NCBI GenBank assembly: GCA_030141605.1
Contig: JAQGDQ010000056.1
Span: 124,001-188,000 of the forward strand
DNA: 64,000 bases
Direction of reading: 5' to 3'
Source of the DNA: Tubiluchus corallicola
Taxonomy: Eukaryota > Animalia > Priapulida
A program made the translations under genes and the position numbers. Positions 12,601 through 26,691 of the stretch are shown one piece after another. The notes under the pieces are model-generated. The model had not been told where the DNA came from. It did not search any database and saw only the letters and a program-made list of their open reading frames with translations. Position 1 is the first letter of the stretch, and each line of letters begins with the position of its first letter.

Positions 12601-15600
12601 AAACGCATCCGCATGCTACATAAACGTCACTTGATACTACTGGAGTAAAAAACATTGATACAAGCTTTAAAATTCTCAAAATAATGCCAGACTGGATTTC
12701 AGGGTTTTGGTTGTATTCCATATAGAACTACACCGCGGCACTTTATCGGTAATTTTCGAATATTAGTGTTGCATTTTTGCTGAGCGATGGTTATGTTTGT
12801 TACGAGTGTTGTGAGTGCAGAAAATACTAACAATAATTTCATTGATTAAGTTATGCCAAACTAAAGTTTTTAGTGTTATCTTAACTTAACTTTCATCATG
12901 GACAAAGCATATAAACTATTTGCTCTAAGTTTAGCAAGATTATTAGTATAATAGCAAACTGATGCAAGATCTTGAAAACTGTTAAACAACTGCATTACTT
13001 TCACATGTCCTTATTTTAATTATTTTTGTATTTTTTGGGGAATAATTGGTACGTGTATGCTTTAGGTAGATTAATAAAAACACAGATAATCTCTGTAGAA
13101 TAATCACGTTTTTTAAAGTAGTAGTAAACTGTAAAATATAATAAAGGTTTGGAAATATTCCAAAAGATTGATGTTGTTTTGCCTGTATATACATGAAATT
13201 CTATTCCATTACATTACGTTCTCCAAAATACAATTTTTTCTATTTTGGAAGGCGAAATTTGCTATGCTGAGATATGTTATGAAGCACTCTTATTAAATTA
13301 ATAAACAAGCTGTTGCTTTATGGGGTAACCAATCTAACTACAGCAAATTTCTAAGTGTTTTGTTTGAGTATTGTACAACAAAACTGTTGGGTATGTTCAT
13401 GGTAAAAGGTCATAAGCTACTAAATTACACTCGCTATAAGTATTATAATGTAGGATCAGTCAGCCTTCAGTATAACTAATTGAGCACCCTGTCCTGAGGA
13501 CTTGTACCTCCATAATAGGTGAAGTATTTGCCATTCTAACTTGTTACTGATAGATTATCTGATGATCTTCTGGGGGCCCCCGAAAAAAGCGTAACTTGTT
13601 CACTGAGTGAGCTTCACTCTTCACAAATTTAATTTGAGAATTTGTCTAAAATAGCAAGCAGAAGCAGCATTGGTTGGCTCTGGAAAGCTTTAATGAACCG
13701 ACCGTACTCTTTCTTTCCATATTTTTGATAACTTGTCATGCTTGTAGCTCAAATTCGGGGCTATTTGTTTTTTGCTAGAATTATGTTGATCTACGGTGTG
13801 ATTAAAAACATTGGTTTTTCCATCCATATATTTGACATTTTTCGAACTAGAACATTTGACAAAATCAAATCGCTTTAAGCCATATGGGAGTCTAATTCCA
13901 ACCAACTGTGGCAATTAAGTGTTTAATTTAAATCAATATTTGTGAATTTATTGGCGTACTAGTAAATTAATACTTGTCTGATATGGAATTATGCTGCGAC
14001 ACCCAGAACGGGTATTTAGTGAAAACTAGCAAAACTAATTATTCAGGCTTTGCAACTTACCTTGAACAACTGTTTTGCTGACAATGGATTGATTACTTTG
14101 AACATTTTGATGGGTGTAATTACGCGTCAGAAAGAGATTTTATCTGCTGCTGGTTTCTTCTCGAATTTACTAGAATGTGAGTTGGGGAGTGAGATTGGAT
14201 TTGTACGCATTGCGTTTTATTGATGCGTACAGCAGATGAACGTGTTCATTGCTCGCTCCCTGTACTAAATTTTCTTAAACAAATTTGATGCATTTTGTCT
14301 GTTCTTCAATTTTCGTCTGGCGTGTCTGTTGACATTGTCAATTGCTGTTGTTACCTCACCATTGATCGAACAGCCGGAAGTTCCGGCTGCAGCTTACAGT
14401 GCTTGGAACGTGTTTTAAACAAACTTGCGTTATAGAAAAACTCGGTAGCTTCGCAACTCTGATGGCGCGCATGATTTTGATGCCCTGCATTGATCATATT
14501 AGATGAAATCTAGTGATTTCACTGATTTATTACTTTTAATGAATTCTGTGTACAGAGTGTGCCAACACGTTGGTGCAACTAGAAATTAGAAATATCAATC
14601 ACGAAAATAAACCTCTTGTTATTTTTCGAGTATCAGGTGTCGTTGTCAGTATTTATAATGTTAATGTAAGCGTTCTGCATTAATATTGTGTATCGTGTTT
14701 GTAGTTAAGCAGCAGACAGGTAGAATCTTGCACTAAGGCATAACAAAGCTTTTCAGTCTCTTTTTGCACCATCTAATGGTTAGAATGAAGAAATTGACTG
14801 ATAACACACTGTTTTGCTTGAGCATTTTTTAAAGTATGCATTTTTTTTCAAAGTAGCCACCAAGATAATAAAAAAAATACGTTTTTAAAGCACTGCACAT
14901 TTCTGTAAACACAGATAGTAAAGATTTGTCTGTAATGTCACTATATTACAAAATTTTTCTTGTATTGTATGTATTTTTGGCTCTAATAAATATGAAATAT
15001 GTGAAATATGTTATGTATAGACTATAGATAATGTTATTACAGTTGGGATATACCATAGCATAAATAGTAACCATTCACAGTGTAGCATAAATCTAAGAAG
15101 TAAAGCTAGATTTATAATGTAATGTGTGCCATTACATTTAATTTAATTTAAAACAGATACTACTGTTTTTACAAATAGCCTATTAAGTTGTAAACATGCG
15201 CTTTTCTTATTTTGAGTGTCTGGAAGTATGCCAATGGAGTCATTGGCACACAACGGAATTGAAACGTAAGTTGAGCTATCAGTGCCATCTGCCTGTCCGT
15301 CCAACTATTTGACATTTTACTTGTCAGAAATGAATTCCTTAACATTTAAAACTTATATCTAGACATTAAAATCATCATTCTGTGTACTCTAATAGCTAAG
15401 ATATGTGACCCATAGAAACTAGTAGAAACTTGTCGGCCATTTTGGACGCAAAAATACCAGGAAACAATTACCTAGTCTAATTTGTCCTAGAAGTCATGTT
15501 TTGGTTGACTGTATTCATTTTTAAGCGAATTATGATATTTTGTGTATTTTATTATTATTATGGTGGTCATTTTGAAATTGTGTATTTTAAAAACTGCTCA

Positions 15601-17059
15601 ATGGTGACAGAGTGTCATCACTTGGATTCTTTTTTTAGGGTCTTCTGAGGAAACAAAATCTGGCTATTATGGTCCTTATACTATAATGCAAGGCTCAGCC
15701 AAAAATCTCCACTCTGTTGTGTAACTATTGGCTGCAACCAAAACTTTCTTAAAACACGAAAGTTGTGGTTGTTTGTTCTAATTGTATTTCTTTAGAAAAC
15801 AAACATGTAGTTCACCACTTCACCTCAAAGAGACTTTCATCATGATGTTCTTATTTTAATTGTGACAGCGATGTGACATCAATGCAAGAAATTTAATTTG
15901 GCATTAACTCCAATCCCTAGGGAAGAAGAAATCAGTATTTTGACAGCAGACTCTAACCACAATTATTTTCAACCCTGATTATTTTATTTTTTATAATCTT
16001 TCGTTTAAAAAGCTGGTACAGATACCTACTACTTTTAAGTCATTTTTCTTTTTCGTGGCTAAATTATACAATGTTTATGTAACTGTGATTTTTGTATCAG
16101 TATACTATATCTTAATATTTGTGTATAAAAATAACTTTGCATACAGCCTATTGTAATTTTTTCGGTTTATGTAATATTTAACGTGTATTATATTATTTTG
16201 CCAATGTACATTTGTATGTATTTGTGCAAACAAAACTGAATTGAATTGAATTGATAGAAACATTTTCAAAATTGGAAGCGAAAATATACATAAGTAAGTC
16301 AGAGTTCACAATAGCGTTCTAGTAGATCCACTTTTGTATTTTTACTGATTTGGTTGGATCACAAGGTCACAATGACCACTTACGAATCACATCCACGTTT
16401 CTCGAAACTGGCGGCTCTATACAGATATCCTTTTTCGCTCTGGTCTCAAATTCAGAAGTGTAGCATTTGAAGGTTTTTCATCATTAGTAACGAATTAATT
16501 GAAGTAGATGTTCCAATTATAGTAATGATACCCATAAGGCCTTCGTCATTAGACGAGCGATAATTGTGCACCGTGTCTGTGACCAAAGACATGTTTTGTG
16601 GTCACTGTCGGTTTTACCCATTAATACATTGGATAGGAAAATCTTTACTGAACTGAATGCATATGCTGAATACTAATAGAGCCTGTTTTCATTCTCGTTA
16701 TTGTACTGAAGTATAAAGGTTGACTGTATAAAATTAGCTCTATGATGCACCGTTCGTTTTCATTCAGTGTAAACCGCTACGTGTCTAGAAAGCTCAAGAA
16801 GAGAAATTGAGAATCCAGTTTTGGTTTATAATACTGGCTAAGGCAACGAAATATCAAACATTGTTAGATTGTGTCAGTTCTGCTTCTTTGGTGACTCGCT
16901 GTGTCTAAATAATTATGATTTCGAAGTCTCGGATTTTATGTCGTCATCATAATTTTTTGTGATTAGGCCTGTTTACAAGCAGTTATCATTGACGCTTATC
17001 AAAGCACATTTCATAGTTGGTCATTTTGGCGACTTCCTTGGTGGTTATTTTGATTTGTT

Positions 17060-18630
17060 TTCTGGCTGGTTATTTGTCATGGTTCTTTGCCAATTATTTG
17101 TAATGGTTTTTCACAGGTAATTTGTCCCAAGTTTTCATTGAACTATTTGTAAGGTACGATTCCTTGCTGATTACTTACCAGGCTTCCTCTTTGATTACTT
17201 GTCGTGGTTCCTTGCTGATTACTTGTCATGATTCCTCACTGATCACTTGTCATGGTTAAGGCTCTTTCAAAAGACTTTTAGGGTCTTGGTCCTGGTACTT
17301 CGCTGATCACTTGCCATGATTCTTTGCAGAACTCTGCTGTTTATTTGTCATGGTTCGTCGCTGATCAGTTACCATGGTTCTTTCTTGATTACTTGTTGTG
17401 GTTCCACACTGATCGCTTGTAATGGTTCCTTGTTGAAAATTTCCTGCTGTTTGCTGATTACTTCATGTGGTACCTCACTGGTTACTCATTGTGATTCATT
17501 GCTGTTTATTTACCATGATTATTATTTGAATGATCACTTGTCATTGTTCTTTGCCAGTTAATTATCATGATTCTTCGCTTCTTGCTGATTATTCTTTGCT
17601 GATCAATTATCATGGTTTCTTAATGATCTCTTCTTGTGATTTCTCACAGATACCTTGCCATAGTTGTAATGCCGACCACTTGTTATGGTTCCTTGACAAT
17701 CACTTGTTGTGGTTCCTTGCTGATCACATCTTGTAATTCCTCTCTCATCACTTATCATGGTTCCTTGTTGATTACTTCAAGTAATTCCTTGCTGATCGCC
17801 TTTTGTGTTTCTCTGGAATCACTTATTGTGGTTCCTTGTTGAATATAGTGGCTACTTGCTGATGACATGTCATGATTGCTTGTTTGTCACATGTTGTGGT
17901 TTATTGCTGATTATTTGTTATGGTTCTTCACATATCACTTGTGGTGATTTTTTGCCGAGCCATTTACAAGTCGCGGTTCTTCCCCGATTTCGTGTCATGG
18001 TGTCTTGCTGATCACTTCTCACCTCACCGATTAAGTAGTTCCATGGTGCTGATCACCAGACATGGTTCCGTGCTGACAATTTGTTGTGGTTATTTACTGA
18101 TCACTTTTGTGGTTGGTCAGAAAGATTCCTTGGTGATTATTTGTCATGACGTTTCCCTGATCACATGTCATGGTTCTTTGCCAATTAGTTATCATGGTTC
18201 TCAGATTATTCTTCATTGATCTTTTATCGAGGTTGTTTGCTGACCACTTTTTGTTGTTCTCTTTTTTGACAATCACAATGACAATATTGCAGTTCTCGCT
18301 TATCAGCTTTTGAGGTTTTTTGCTGAATAGTTGTGGTGGTTAATTGCTGATCGCTTGTAATTGATTATTACAGGTTACACGTCATGATTACTCCCTAATA
18401 ACTGATTCCCTGCTGATCACCTGTCATGGTTCCTTGCTGATCGTATGCGATGGTTTCGATGTTGATCACGTAAGGCGTAGTTACTTACATTAGTTGCTTA
18501 TCGTATGTCATCGTTCTTCCCTAATCAATTGTCGTGGTCCTCGCTGATAACTTGTCATGATATCACACATCACTTGCCATGGTTCTACGTTGATCATTTG
18601 TCCTGGTTCTTTACTGATCACTTGTCGTCG
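17060..18630. repeat. Degenerate 24-bp minisatellite, consensus about TTGCTGATCACTTGTCATGGTTCC, roughly 60 units
   Basis: tgat(c/t)acttgt(c/t)(a/g)tggttc(c/t)ttgc recurs with a 24-nt period and gives SLLITC(H/C)GS peptides in several shifting frames. Confidence 0.88.
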
Positions 18631-18949
18631 TAGGTCCCTTTTTTGATAGCCAGTTTCCGTATATCCCATGTTTCTTCTCCTGTGCTTTTTTGGCGACTGT
18701 ATAATGTGTAACTCGTAGTGTGGACGACGATATATTATGACTCATTTATTTGATCAAGAGTGACAAAAGACAGTTTTGAATGCCATTTTTAAATTGCTAG
18801 ACATTTTGTGGTGTTTTCTCTTTAAAATCCTAAGACGTGAATCACGATTGATTGCAAAAATTTTATCATAAACGTCTAAGATACGTAATTTTTTCAGCTT
18901 TTCTGCGTCAACCATTGAAAACCCGGTTCATTTTTCGTGTCAGCTTCTT

Positions 18950-19290
18950 AGCTAATAGATTTCGGCTTACAAGACGCGTCCACGTAAAGCGGATTGGCGT
19001 GGTAAGTCTTATCTACGCTGTCATAAATTTATATGGCTTCGACGCCGCAAAGATGGCCGCGTGAAAATATTCACTTGAACAACTGTAGCTCGTTATCCAT
19101 TTTCCCCAACAAGCTAGAAATTATCGAAAACGTTTTTGCTGTCAGTCGACTGATTTTCTTTGAGCTCATGTGTAATGGCAGCGGCTATAATCGGCTTGGT
19201 GACAGGTTGCCACGCTAGGAGGAGGAGGTTGCCGCTACTGCGGGGGCCGGAAATTGGCGCTTCGCACTCGATGCCTGCAGGAAGTTGGTA
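18950..19290 (+). promoter_or_regulatory. CpG-rich candidate promoter or alternative non-coding first exon, possibly of DGK
   Basis: Local GC/CpG enrichment; YY1-like AAGATGGCCGC (19050-19060); ETS-like CCGGAAAT (~19247); possible donor TTG|GTAATC at 19287/19288. Confidence 0.35.
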
Positions 19291-20449
19291 ATCCCCAGAA
19301 TAACGGCATAGTGTCGTAACGCACCCGCTACATGTGATATGAAAACTGCAAAGGGAGGGTTTAGGTTGGAGATTTATTTCAAGGTTGCGGGAACCTGTGT
19401 CTGCCGAGAGTGGTTGCGGTAATGAGCAAATACAAGCTAAAATTAGCCCGGCTTCAATCTTGATTGCATTGCTTTGACTAGTATTTGTTCTGTCATCACT
19501 AACCAGTCTCTGGTCTTGTACAATAAGAATGAAAGGCATGAACTATTAATTGTGGCCACTGTCGTGTGCATAATGGGAGGGATTCGCCCGCTTGTAGTTA
19601 AGTTGCGAGTAACGTAGGAACATGGTAATTTGATTTTCTAATTTAGTCATTCATGAATAGTTACGTGCGGGTGTTTGCTTATTAATGTTGATGTGGTAAA
19701 GGTGGAGTACTGATTTTGAATTCGCAAATAAAACCATACGGCTGCCTCAGTGATACTACCGGTTCTGGGATATCCCCGATTTCTTTTTAAAAGTTACTGA
19801 GCATAATTTAAAATTTAGACGCGAATTTGTATCTGATCTAATTGAAAAAAATTAGTGACGAATTATACAAGCTGAATCCATCCATGTTGCTGGTGTTATT
19901 TTGGACGCCATCTTAGCTGCCATATTGGATGTCGTTATTTAGCTGCCATATTGGATGTGGGGATGTTAACATCCTGAAACCTGTAAAAACACACGTTGGA
20001 TCAGTTCAGAATTATAGTAGAATTATAATAGAATGTAGAATGCCTTAAAAGAGCTATTTTGGACGCAGTGTTTTGGTCACCATGTTGGGGAGGGGCGATG
20101 CCGTTGACACTAGCCTGAAAACTTCCCATGGCGGATCTTTTCAGTATAGTATATCATTTTCGAAAGATTCCACCAACTCCTAACGTATCGCCGTGAAATT
20201 TCATATGAACACACTAGAGCAAATTCCGCATCGACTGACGGAGACAGGTTTTTGATCCGCCGTCTTGTATTCCAGATGGCGGCGATGAGGTAAATGTAAT
20301 TTACAAACAGATCCTTATGAAACTGCAAGCCTTTATTCTTTAAAAAAATTTTCACTTCTTAACAAAGGCAGATTGTTGATCAACCGTCTCGAGTTAAGCG
20401 ATGCCCTTGACCAACAGTTCGATTCGAACTTAAGAAATATTGCGAAATT

Positions 20450-20855
20450 TGCACAACAAATAGGTGCTATACCTCTCAGTCCAGATGTGCTAGTTTGTGA
20501 CGAACTGCACACGTTCGACAGCTCATGCGAGAGTACAGCGGTATTTGAAATTTGAATTTTTATCTTGACTCTTGCCGAATTTTATTACAACACACTGAAT
20601 CTCTTACACTAGCACTGTACTTCAATTTTCGCTTTCGCAAACACACGCAGCACGCTCACGGAATGTTTTTGATGTTGAAAATGATGTTAGTTTGTGATGT
20701 CATCACTAGTAGGGCTCGCCCGTCGTTAATTAAGATTTGAATCTATTATTTAATTGTCAGAAACGCTTTTACAGCATTAATTGTGCTAAAATGTATACTT
20801 TTTATCGGATTTGAAAATGGTGCAGTAAATGAAAAATCATCCTGTTTTCTTTTAA
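20450..20855 (+). mobile_element. Dispersed repeat, copy 2 (same family as 3990-4397)
   Basis: Direct alignment with copy 1; the ORF-track peptides echo each other (VSDELHTFDRSC vs VCDELHTFDSSC; LVCDVINNWTRPSLIK vs LVCDVITSRARPSLIK). Confidence 0.7.
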
Positions 20856-21593
20856 GCATAGTGCAAAATACGAAAAGCTCTGCTACCATTTAGTAGAAAA
20901 ACCTAATACTTTAGCGTCGAACTTTTTTCGTAACTCACGGATTGTACTTGCATTATAACTGTCTGGTTACGATGAATCTTGTTCCGTTCGCAAAAAATCT
21001 TCACCCATCTTTAGTTGCGTGGGTGTGATATGTGGCGATAAAAAATTACCAAGCAGAATTCCTCTTTTCATTTCTTTTCGTCGGCTTATTGTGTCTACTG
21101 TGGCTAAGTGACTTCAAATATGATTCCAGTCATCCCGCCACACGTGATTGCCTCTTGAGTGGTCCATTGAAACTCGACACGGTATTTCATCGCTTGTACA
21201 ACAATATACAGCAGCGGCCTTCATGAAGTACTTTGACATTATAATTACAATGAGGCATTAAGCTTGCCTATGATTACATCACTCACATCTGACAGTTATA
21301 GGCTTATATCTCCTGCCTTCCCAGCTCGCCATCCACATGATCAATATAATATAATTTCTGTCACTGTCAGTCACCCACAGGACAACTGACTTTTAGTCTA
21401 TCTTTAAACCTACTGTTTGGCGTGACTCACATCTTATTTGTAAGTGTTATTGTACGTGAACGCTATGTACATTACAAAATTATAAGTAATAAATAAACAA
21501 GTTTTACAAACAAATTTGCGTCAAATCAATCAAACACGTGTACTCTTAATTGTATTACCATGCTACATAATTATATTACATATAATATTATAG

Positions 21594-21690
21594 TACACAC
21601 ACACTCACACGCACACACACACACACACACACGCACACACACGCGCGCGCGTGCGTGCGTGCGTGTGTGTGTGTGCGGCATGCGTGTGTA
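21594..21690. repeat. Alternating purine-pyrimidine tract (CA)n-(CG)n-(GCGT)n-(GT)n, quasi-palindromic
   Basis: Seen directly: acacacac...acgcgcgcgcgtgcgtgcgtgcgtgtgtgtgtgtg. Confidence 0.9.
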
Positions 21691-21780
21691 AATTTTAATT
21701 TTTATCTTAACTCTTCCCGAATTTTATTACAACACACTGAATCTCTTACACTAGCACTGTACTTCAATTTTCGCTTTCGC
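21690..21780 (+). repeat. 91-bp near-identical local copy of 20548-20638
   Basis: 88/91 identical by manual alignment; it abuts the (CA)n(CG)n(GT)n tract. Confidence 0.85.
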
Positions 21781-24700
21781 TAAATCCTCTAAATTAACAG
21801 TACACGTGTACACCTAATATAAATCGGGACATTTGAATATGATTGAAATTTATAAATATTTAATCGATAAATTGAGTTTGACACTTAAAATTAAGCACTG
21901 ATAATGTATCATATTTTTTGCCAAGGAGAATTTTGTTGACAGTGTGCCGTAACTGTCGTTGTCTCCTAAATGATTAATATTCAAAAAAGTCATATCTGGT
22001 GTCCCGGTCTGGGAACAAGTAATTCACGTGCCATACTAGACGCTTGGACGGCTTCAGTTGCAGGCTGCTTGAGATTGCAATGACGCAATAATATGCTTTA
22101 AGCCAGTATGTTACTTTATACACGAGAGTGTTTGCTTCAGTCTCCTTTATATTCCCCACGTGACTATGCTTATTTGTTTTTGTATCATCAGCCAGTTGAG
22201 ATGTAATTTTGGTTAAATAAATACAGGGTTTGTAGTCAATTTTTTGTATGTGTAAGCTTTACACTAATTAATTACGCGTTCTACAGAGCTGACTTTTTTA
22301 AATTAATAGCGAAATACCTTCTAATGGACGTCCGGTGCTGATTGCAAAAGTGTACTTGTACACATTTGTGCAAAAATTTAAAAGTACCAGATTTTAACTT
22401 GCGTAGTTCGTTCTACACTGATTTGCATGCGGCTATGTAATTAAGACATGTGGTTTCCCAGGGATGTACAAGTCAGGAAATGACGTCATTCGCTTGTATT
22501 ACATGCATGATGGAATGCGTGTGAGACATTGCATGAAGCTGCGCTATCCGCTTTGATGTGAGCTGTAAATGAAAGGAATTAGCGTCATCCTCTAAATGAG
22601 CGCCTGACATTTTGTGACAGTGTAGCGCTTTCATGGTTGCTGCAGCAGTTGGAATTTTTGCGCTTGCACGTGTACATGTATTTATTCGGTTCATTTATTT
22701 GCATTTTCACTTTTTCGTCCTTTAGCTGTCTGTTTGTTTATTTGTTGTTTTTGTCTAGGTATTAGTTTGTTTATTCCTTTGTTTGTTTGGTCGTTTTTTC
22801 ATTCATCCTCTTCCATCCAGCTGGCATCATTCCGCCGTTTTATTTCGTCCCTTTTGTCCATTTGTTGAGTCACGTTCAAGTTTTTTTCAGGCATAATAAT
22901 ACTCTTTCTGGTTCAGTTAAATGGAGTCGTATTTGAAAATTTGAGTTTCTTATGAGTTTGTTTTCGATTTTCATGCAGTTGTCATCGATAAAGTGGGAGT
23001 TGCTCGTCACTTCCTCAAAACGCCAACTTGCTTCCCTAATTAGCCCATCACTTTACTTTTACAGCCTTCGAACTCTATACCTCCTACAAACAGACGCAAT
23101 TAAGTTAGTTTTTGATCCGTATTTGACATTGCAGAAAGTGGAAAATGACTTGTCCCGCAAATTGTGTTTGAATCCTCGAAATGATTCAGACATGGAATGT
23201 TCGGAATGGATTAGAATTGGTTTTAGCAGTGGGCGTATTGGAGGGGGTGCTGAAAGGGCGTTAGTAGTGGTAGCGTTCTTAAAGTTTGCTAACCACTAAG
23301 AAATGGCAGTGGCCTGCTTTCACAAAATTCGTGTTTTTTTGGTAACGAAAGCATGATTGAAAATGCGTTTTAGGAGCAGCTCCATTTAGGAGGTCTATTC
23401 TCAACTTTGAGTCCAAAAACCGTTGAAAAATATTTAAATGTTGAAGTGTTGAATAAAGCATAGACGGTTGCGAGTTCTAAATGATAATTGTCGCCCTATG
23501 GCATCCATTCCCTTTTCAGGTATATAGCTTAACTACATATTTTAACTTATTTTATTTTAACTTAATTTAAGTACATCAGACAAAAATTAAATTTGTTTTG
23601 TCTGAAATCTTGAAATACATTTCAACATAGTGCATATACAACGCATATTAGTATAAAAAACTATTAATCTGTTTTTGGTGATTAGTATTACATTGTAACG
23701 ATGAATAAAGATGCGCATTAACCCACAATTTAATGTCTTTTTGCTCAATAGATAGTGTTGTGATAACGCTTGTTTTGTTTGCCTCTTACCATCATATGTA
23801 TTACATTTCAAGCCTAATAATTTGAGGCTTTCTCTAATACTCTAGTTAACTCAACCACACAGCTGTAGAAGATCTGGGTCGAGAAAAAGTTTCTGAGTCT
23901 TTCTAGTTTATTTTCATTTACAATAAATCAGACTTCTGTGTTATGTTTCTCGTAGGAGGTTTGTCCTTTCGTACTAGCGTACGACAAACATTGTTGGATC
24001 GCTTCACATTCGTGGGTAAGCAGCTGATTTCTGTTAGAACAAGAGATAAATGGTCACACTGCTCAACGTACACCCCCAAAACTCTGTAAACCGAAAATAA
24101 ACAAATCGAGTAGAAATAGCCCCTGATGACGTCAGTAGCGGCCCGGGATCCTACTTGGCTTCTCTGATAATTGGAACATGAGCGATCGATATCTATCAAA
24201 TGCGGGACCCGGAGGTAATATAATTCAGCTGTACGATCGAGCCCCTTCTTTAAAGTCTCGTAACTAGGTTAATGGGATGCTACAACTACAATGTGCGTCA
24301 TCACTCGTTCATTATTACATACCTTTTTATTCGTACTCATTCGTTAATCAATGGCAGATATACTGTTATAGTATCTGACCTTTTCCTTTTACTTCAGAAA
24401 TTGTCACATGGACGCATGCTTGGCCGCTCCCGAAAAATGAATACGTCTGCAAAATTCAGGTGCTTTTAGAGCGCATTCTGACACCAACTTCCCCTTTTTT
24501 AGTTCTCCCCCAGAAAAACATTCACTTCTCCTATACACCTTACTACATTAGACCTAATCAGCTCTGTGTAAATGCAAAATTAACAGAAAATCCATAGACT
24601 GTTAATATAAATAGAAAATAATATAGACTGTCGCATGTACTATAATGAAAATGTCTTTGATGTAATCTTCTTCGAATCTCTTTGACGAAATTTTAACTAA

Positions 24701-26619
24701 AGGGTATATGGATCTTAACTGTTGCTTACGGCTTTTAATGAATTACAATTAACTTAACGATTAATTCATTAGAAAAGAAGGTGACGCGTTGAATTGTGAA
24801 CGGAATTTGAATTTAAGCATTTATTTCAGAATTTCTTCCATATAAAACAGTACTTAAAAACGTACTAAATAAAAGATATAACATTCTTCAAAAAATTAGA
24901 AAAACACACTGCTGTATACAGCACATTTCTATATACAGCTATATGCACTATTCAGTCACCCCCAGGCATTTCATTCACATTTGCATTATACACAATAAAA
25001 CATCAGTAATTTGAAAATAATACTAAAATACGTACAATAAAATGTGAACAAAAAAACTCGCACTGAAAGTCATGTTGGCTTGTTTGACACAAAATTTTCA
25101 TACAGTGATGCTGAATTTTTGATTGAAACCTACATTCACTGTTCCATATGCGCAGCACCAGAGTATTACAGCATTTAGATTTTAAGTGAAAAAAACGCAT
25201 TTTCAGATTCCAATATCAGAATACAACACGTAAGTCCAACACACATTTCCCTTGCAGAACTCATATTGTAGGTGAAATAATTTGCCAATGCCTTTGTTGT
25301 ATGTCATTTTATGTGATTAAAACTAGAATTTGTACCATAGAGCTACACAGTAAAAGTTTGAGCAATTGATGCGATATAAATAAACTTTTTTACGTTTGCG
25401 TTACATATTGAATTTTTTATCAGTTTGTTTGACCTGATAATAAAAAAAGCACGCTATCTATCTATCTCACAGTCACCCCTATTTTCTTCATTGGCCCGAG
25501 TATGTGGCCACGTTATTTCTCATCTTTCACATTTTTCAAAAGTACATTATTTAATTAAACGTCGCCAGTTTCTAAGTGCTTCATACAAATTGGATTTATG
25601 GATAAAATTTTTGTTTTTCTGTGTTCACAATAATTTCGTGTTTAATTGCAAAATGTTGATAAGCTGCGGAAATCCCAAATATGTCTGAACCAACAAACGT
25701 ACACCATTTGCATAGGACAGACGATTGCAGTAAATGTGTCCTACAGAGCATTTATATGTTAGAACTAGCTAAATTTACATTTATTTCATGAACTTCATGA
25801 AAATAACTATTGTTAATAACTTTTTTAGCTTCAACTGCTTAACTGCAAAATCAGATTTACTGTGTCAGGTAAGCTAATCTAAGCTACCTGAGGTTTTAGT
25901 GAGTCATGTTTCTTTCGAAGACATTCGCAAGTTCAAAACTGCCGAAACCGGTAACAGTTAGCTGTCAAGAATCTAGATGTTTACTTGGGAGCCAAGCAGC
26001 AGCAAAAAGCTCATCGTATGACGAGTCTGCTTCATGGCGCGCAATGTTGCCTGTTATGGCTGTTGTGATGGGACTAATGTTGTTCGTGTGACTGAGTATT
26101 GAATGTTTGATTTCACCGCTGATGCAGCAGTCCTTGCTTTGGCTTCAGTTTGCAATCAGGACACAATCCTATTACACACAGTAAGCAGCGATGTAATAAA
26201 GCGGACAGAAAACGAGGGTGAGGGCTCTTATCCCGGGGAGCAGTCCATCTGAGCAAATATCTCCTGCCGTGTGTCCTTCACTCATGCTGTGGTGACCATT
26301 TGGCTTCATTTATATTACTGACTTGTTATGAGGAAACGCTTTAGTTGCGCGCTGTACTTGCTGCCACTATTAAAAAACTATAGATACTTGAGTAAGACGG
26401 CTTGAAACATTATAATTTTATGACTGGATTTTTTATTGTAGTAGCAAAAGTTACAATTTAAATGGATTGTGTGCGATCGATTTTGAATAACTAATAATTT
26501 CCCTTTAGAATACATTTTTTATCAGAAACATCAGGTTCCATGAGTAGTATCCAACTATGAACCCGCTTTTTACTTAAAACATCATAGATAGATTGGGAAA
26601 ACCTACCCTTAGCCTCCCC

Positions 26620-26641
26620 TCTTCTCTCTCCTCTCCCTCGT

Positions 26642-26688
<47 letters not shown>
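26620..26688. repeat. (CT)n microsatellite and polypyrimidine tract
   Basis: About 20 perfect CT units at 26649-26688, preceded by an imperfect CT-rich run. Confidence 0.9.

Positions 26689-26691
<3 letters not shown>

Noticed and set aside
15270-15730. Transposon-like relic with ggccattttgga/ggtcattttgaa motifs (similar motifs at about 19860-20340)
   Set aside because: Probably repeat-derived, but I could not define TIRs, a TSD or a second copy, so it is not annotated.
17060-18630. CRISPR-array or coding interpretation of the 24-bp repeat
   Set aside because: The units are contiguous and diverged with no unique spacers, there are no cas genes, the context is eukaryotic, and the ORFs are short and frameshifted.
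19114-19539. 141-aa minus-strand ORF
   Set aside because: No recognisable domain; it overlaps a GC-rich patch where stops are rarer by composition.
25906-26091. 61-aa ORF with a hydrophobic C-terminus (possible micropeptide)
   Set aside because: No family resemblance or splice support, and the length is within chance expectation.
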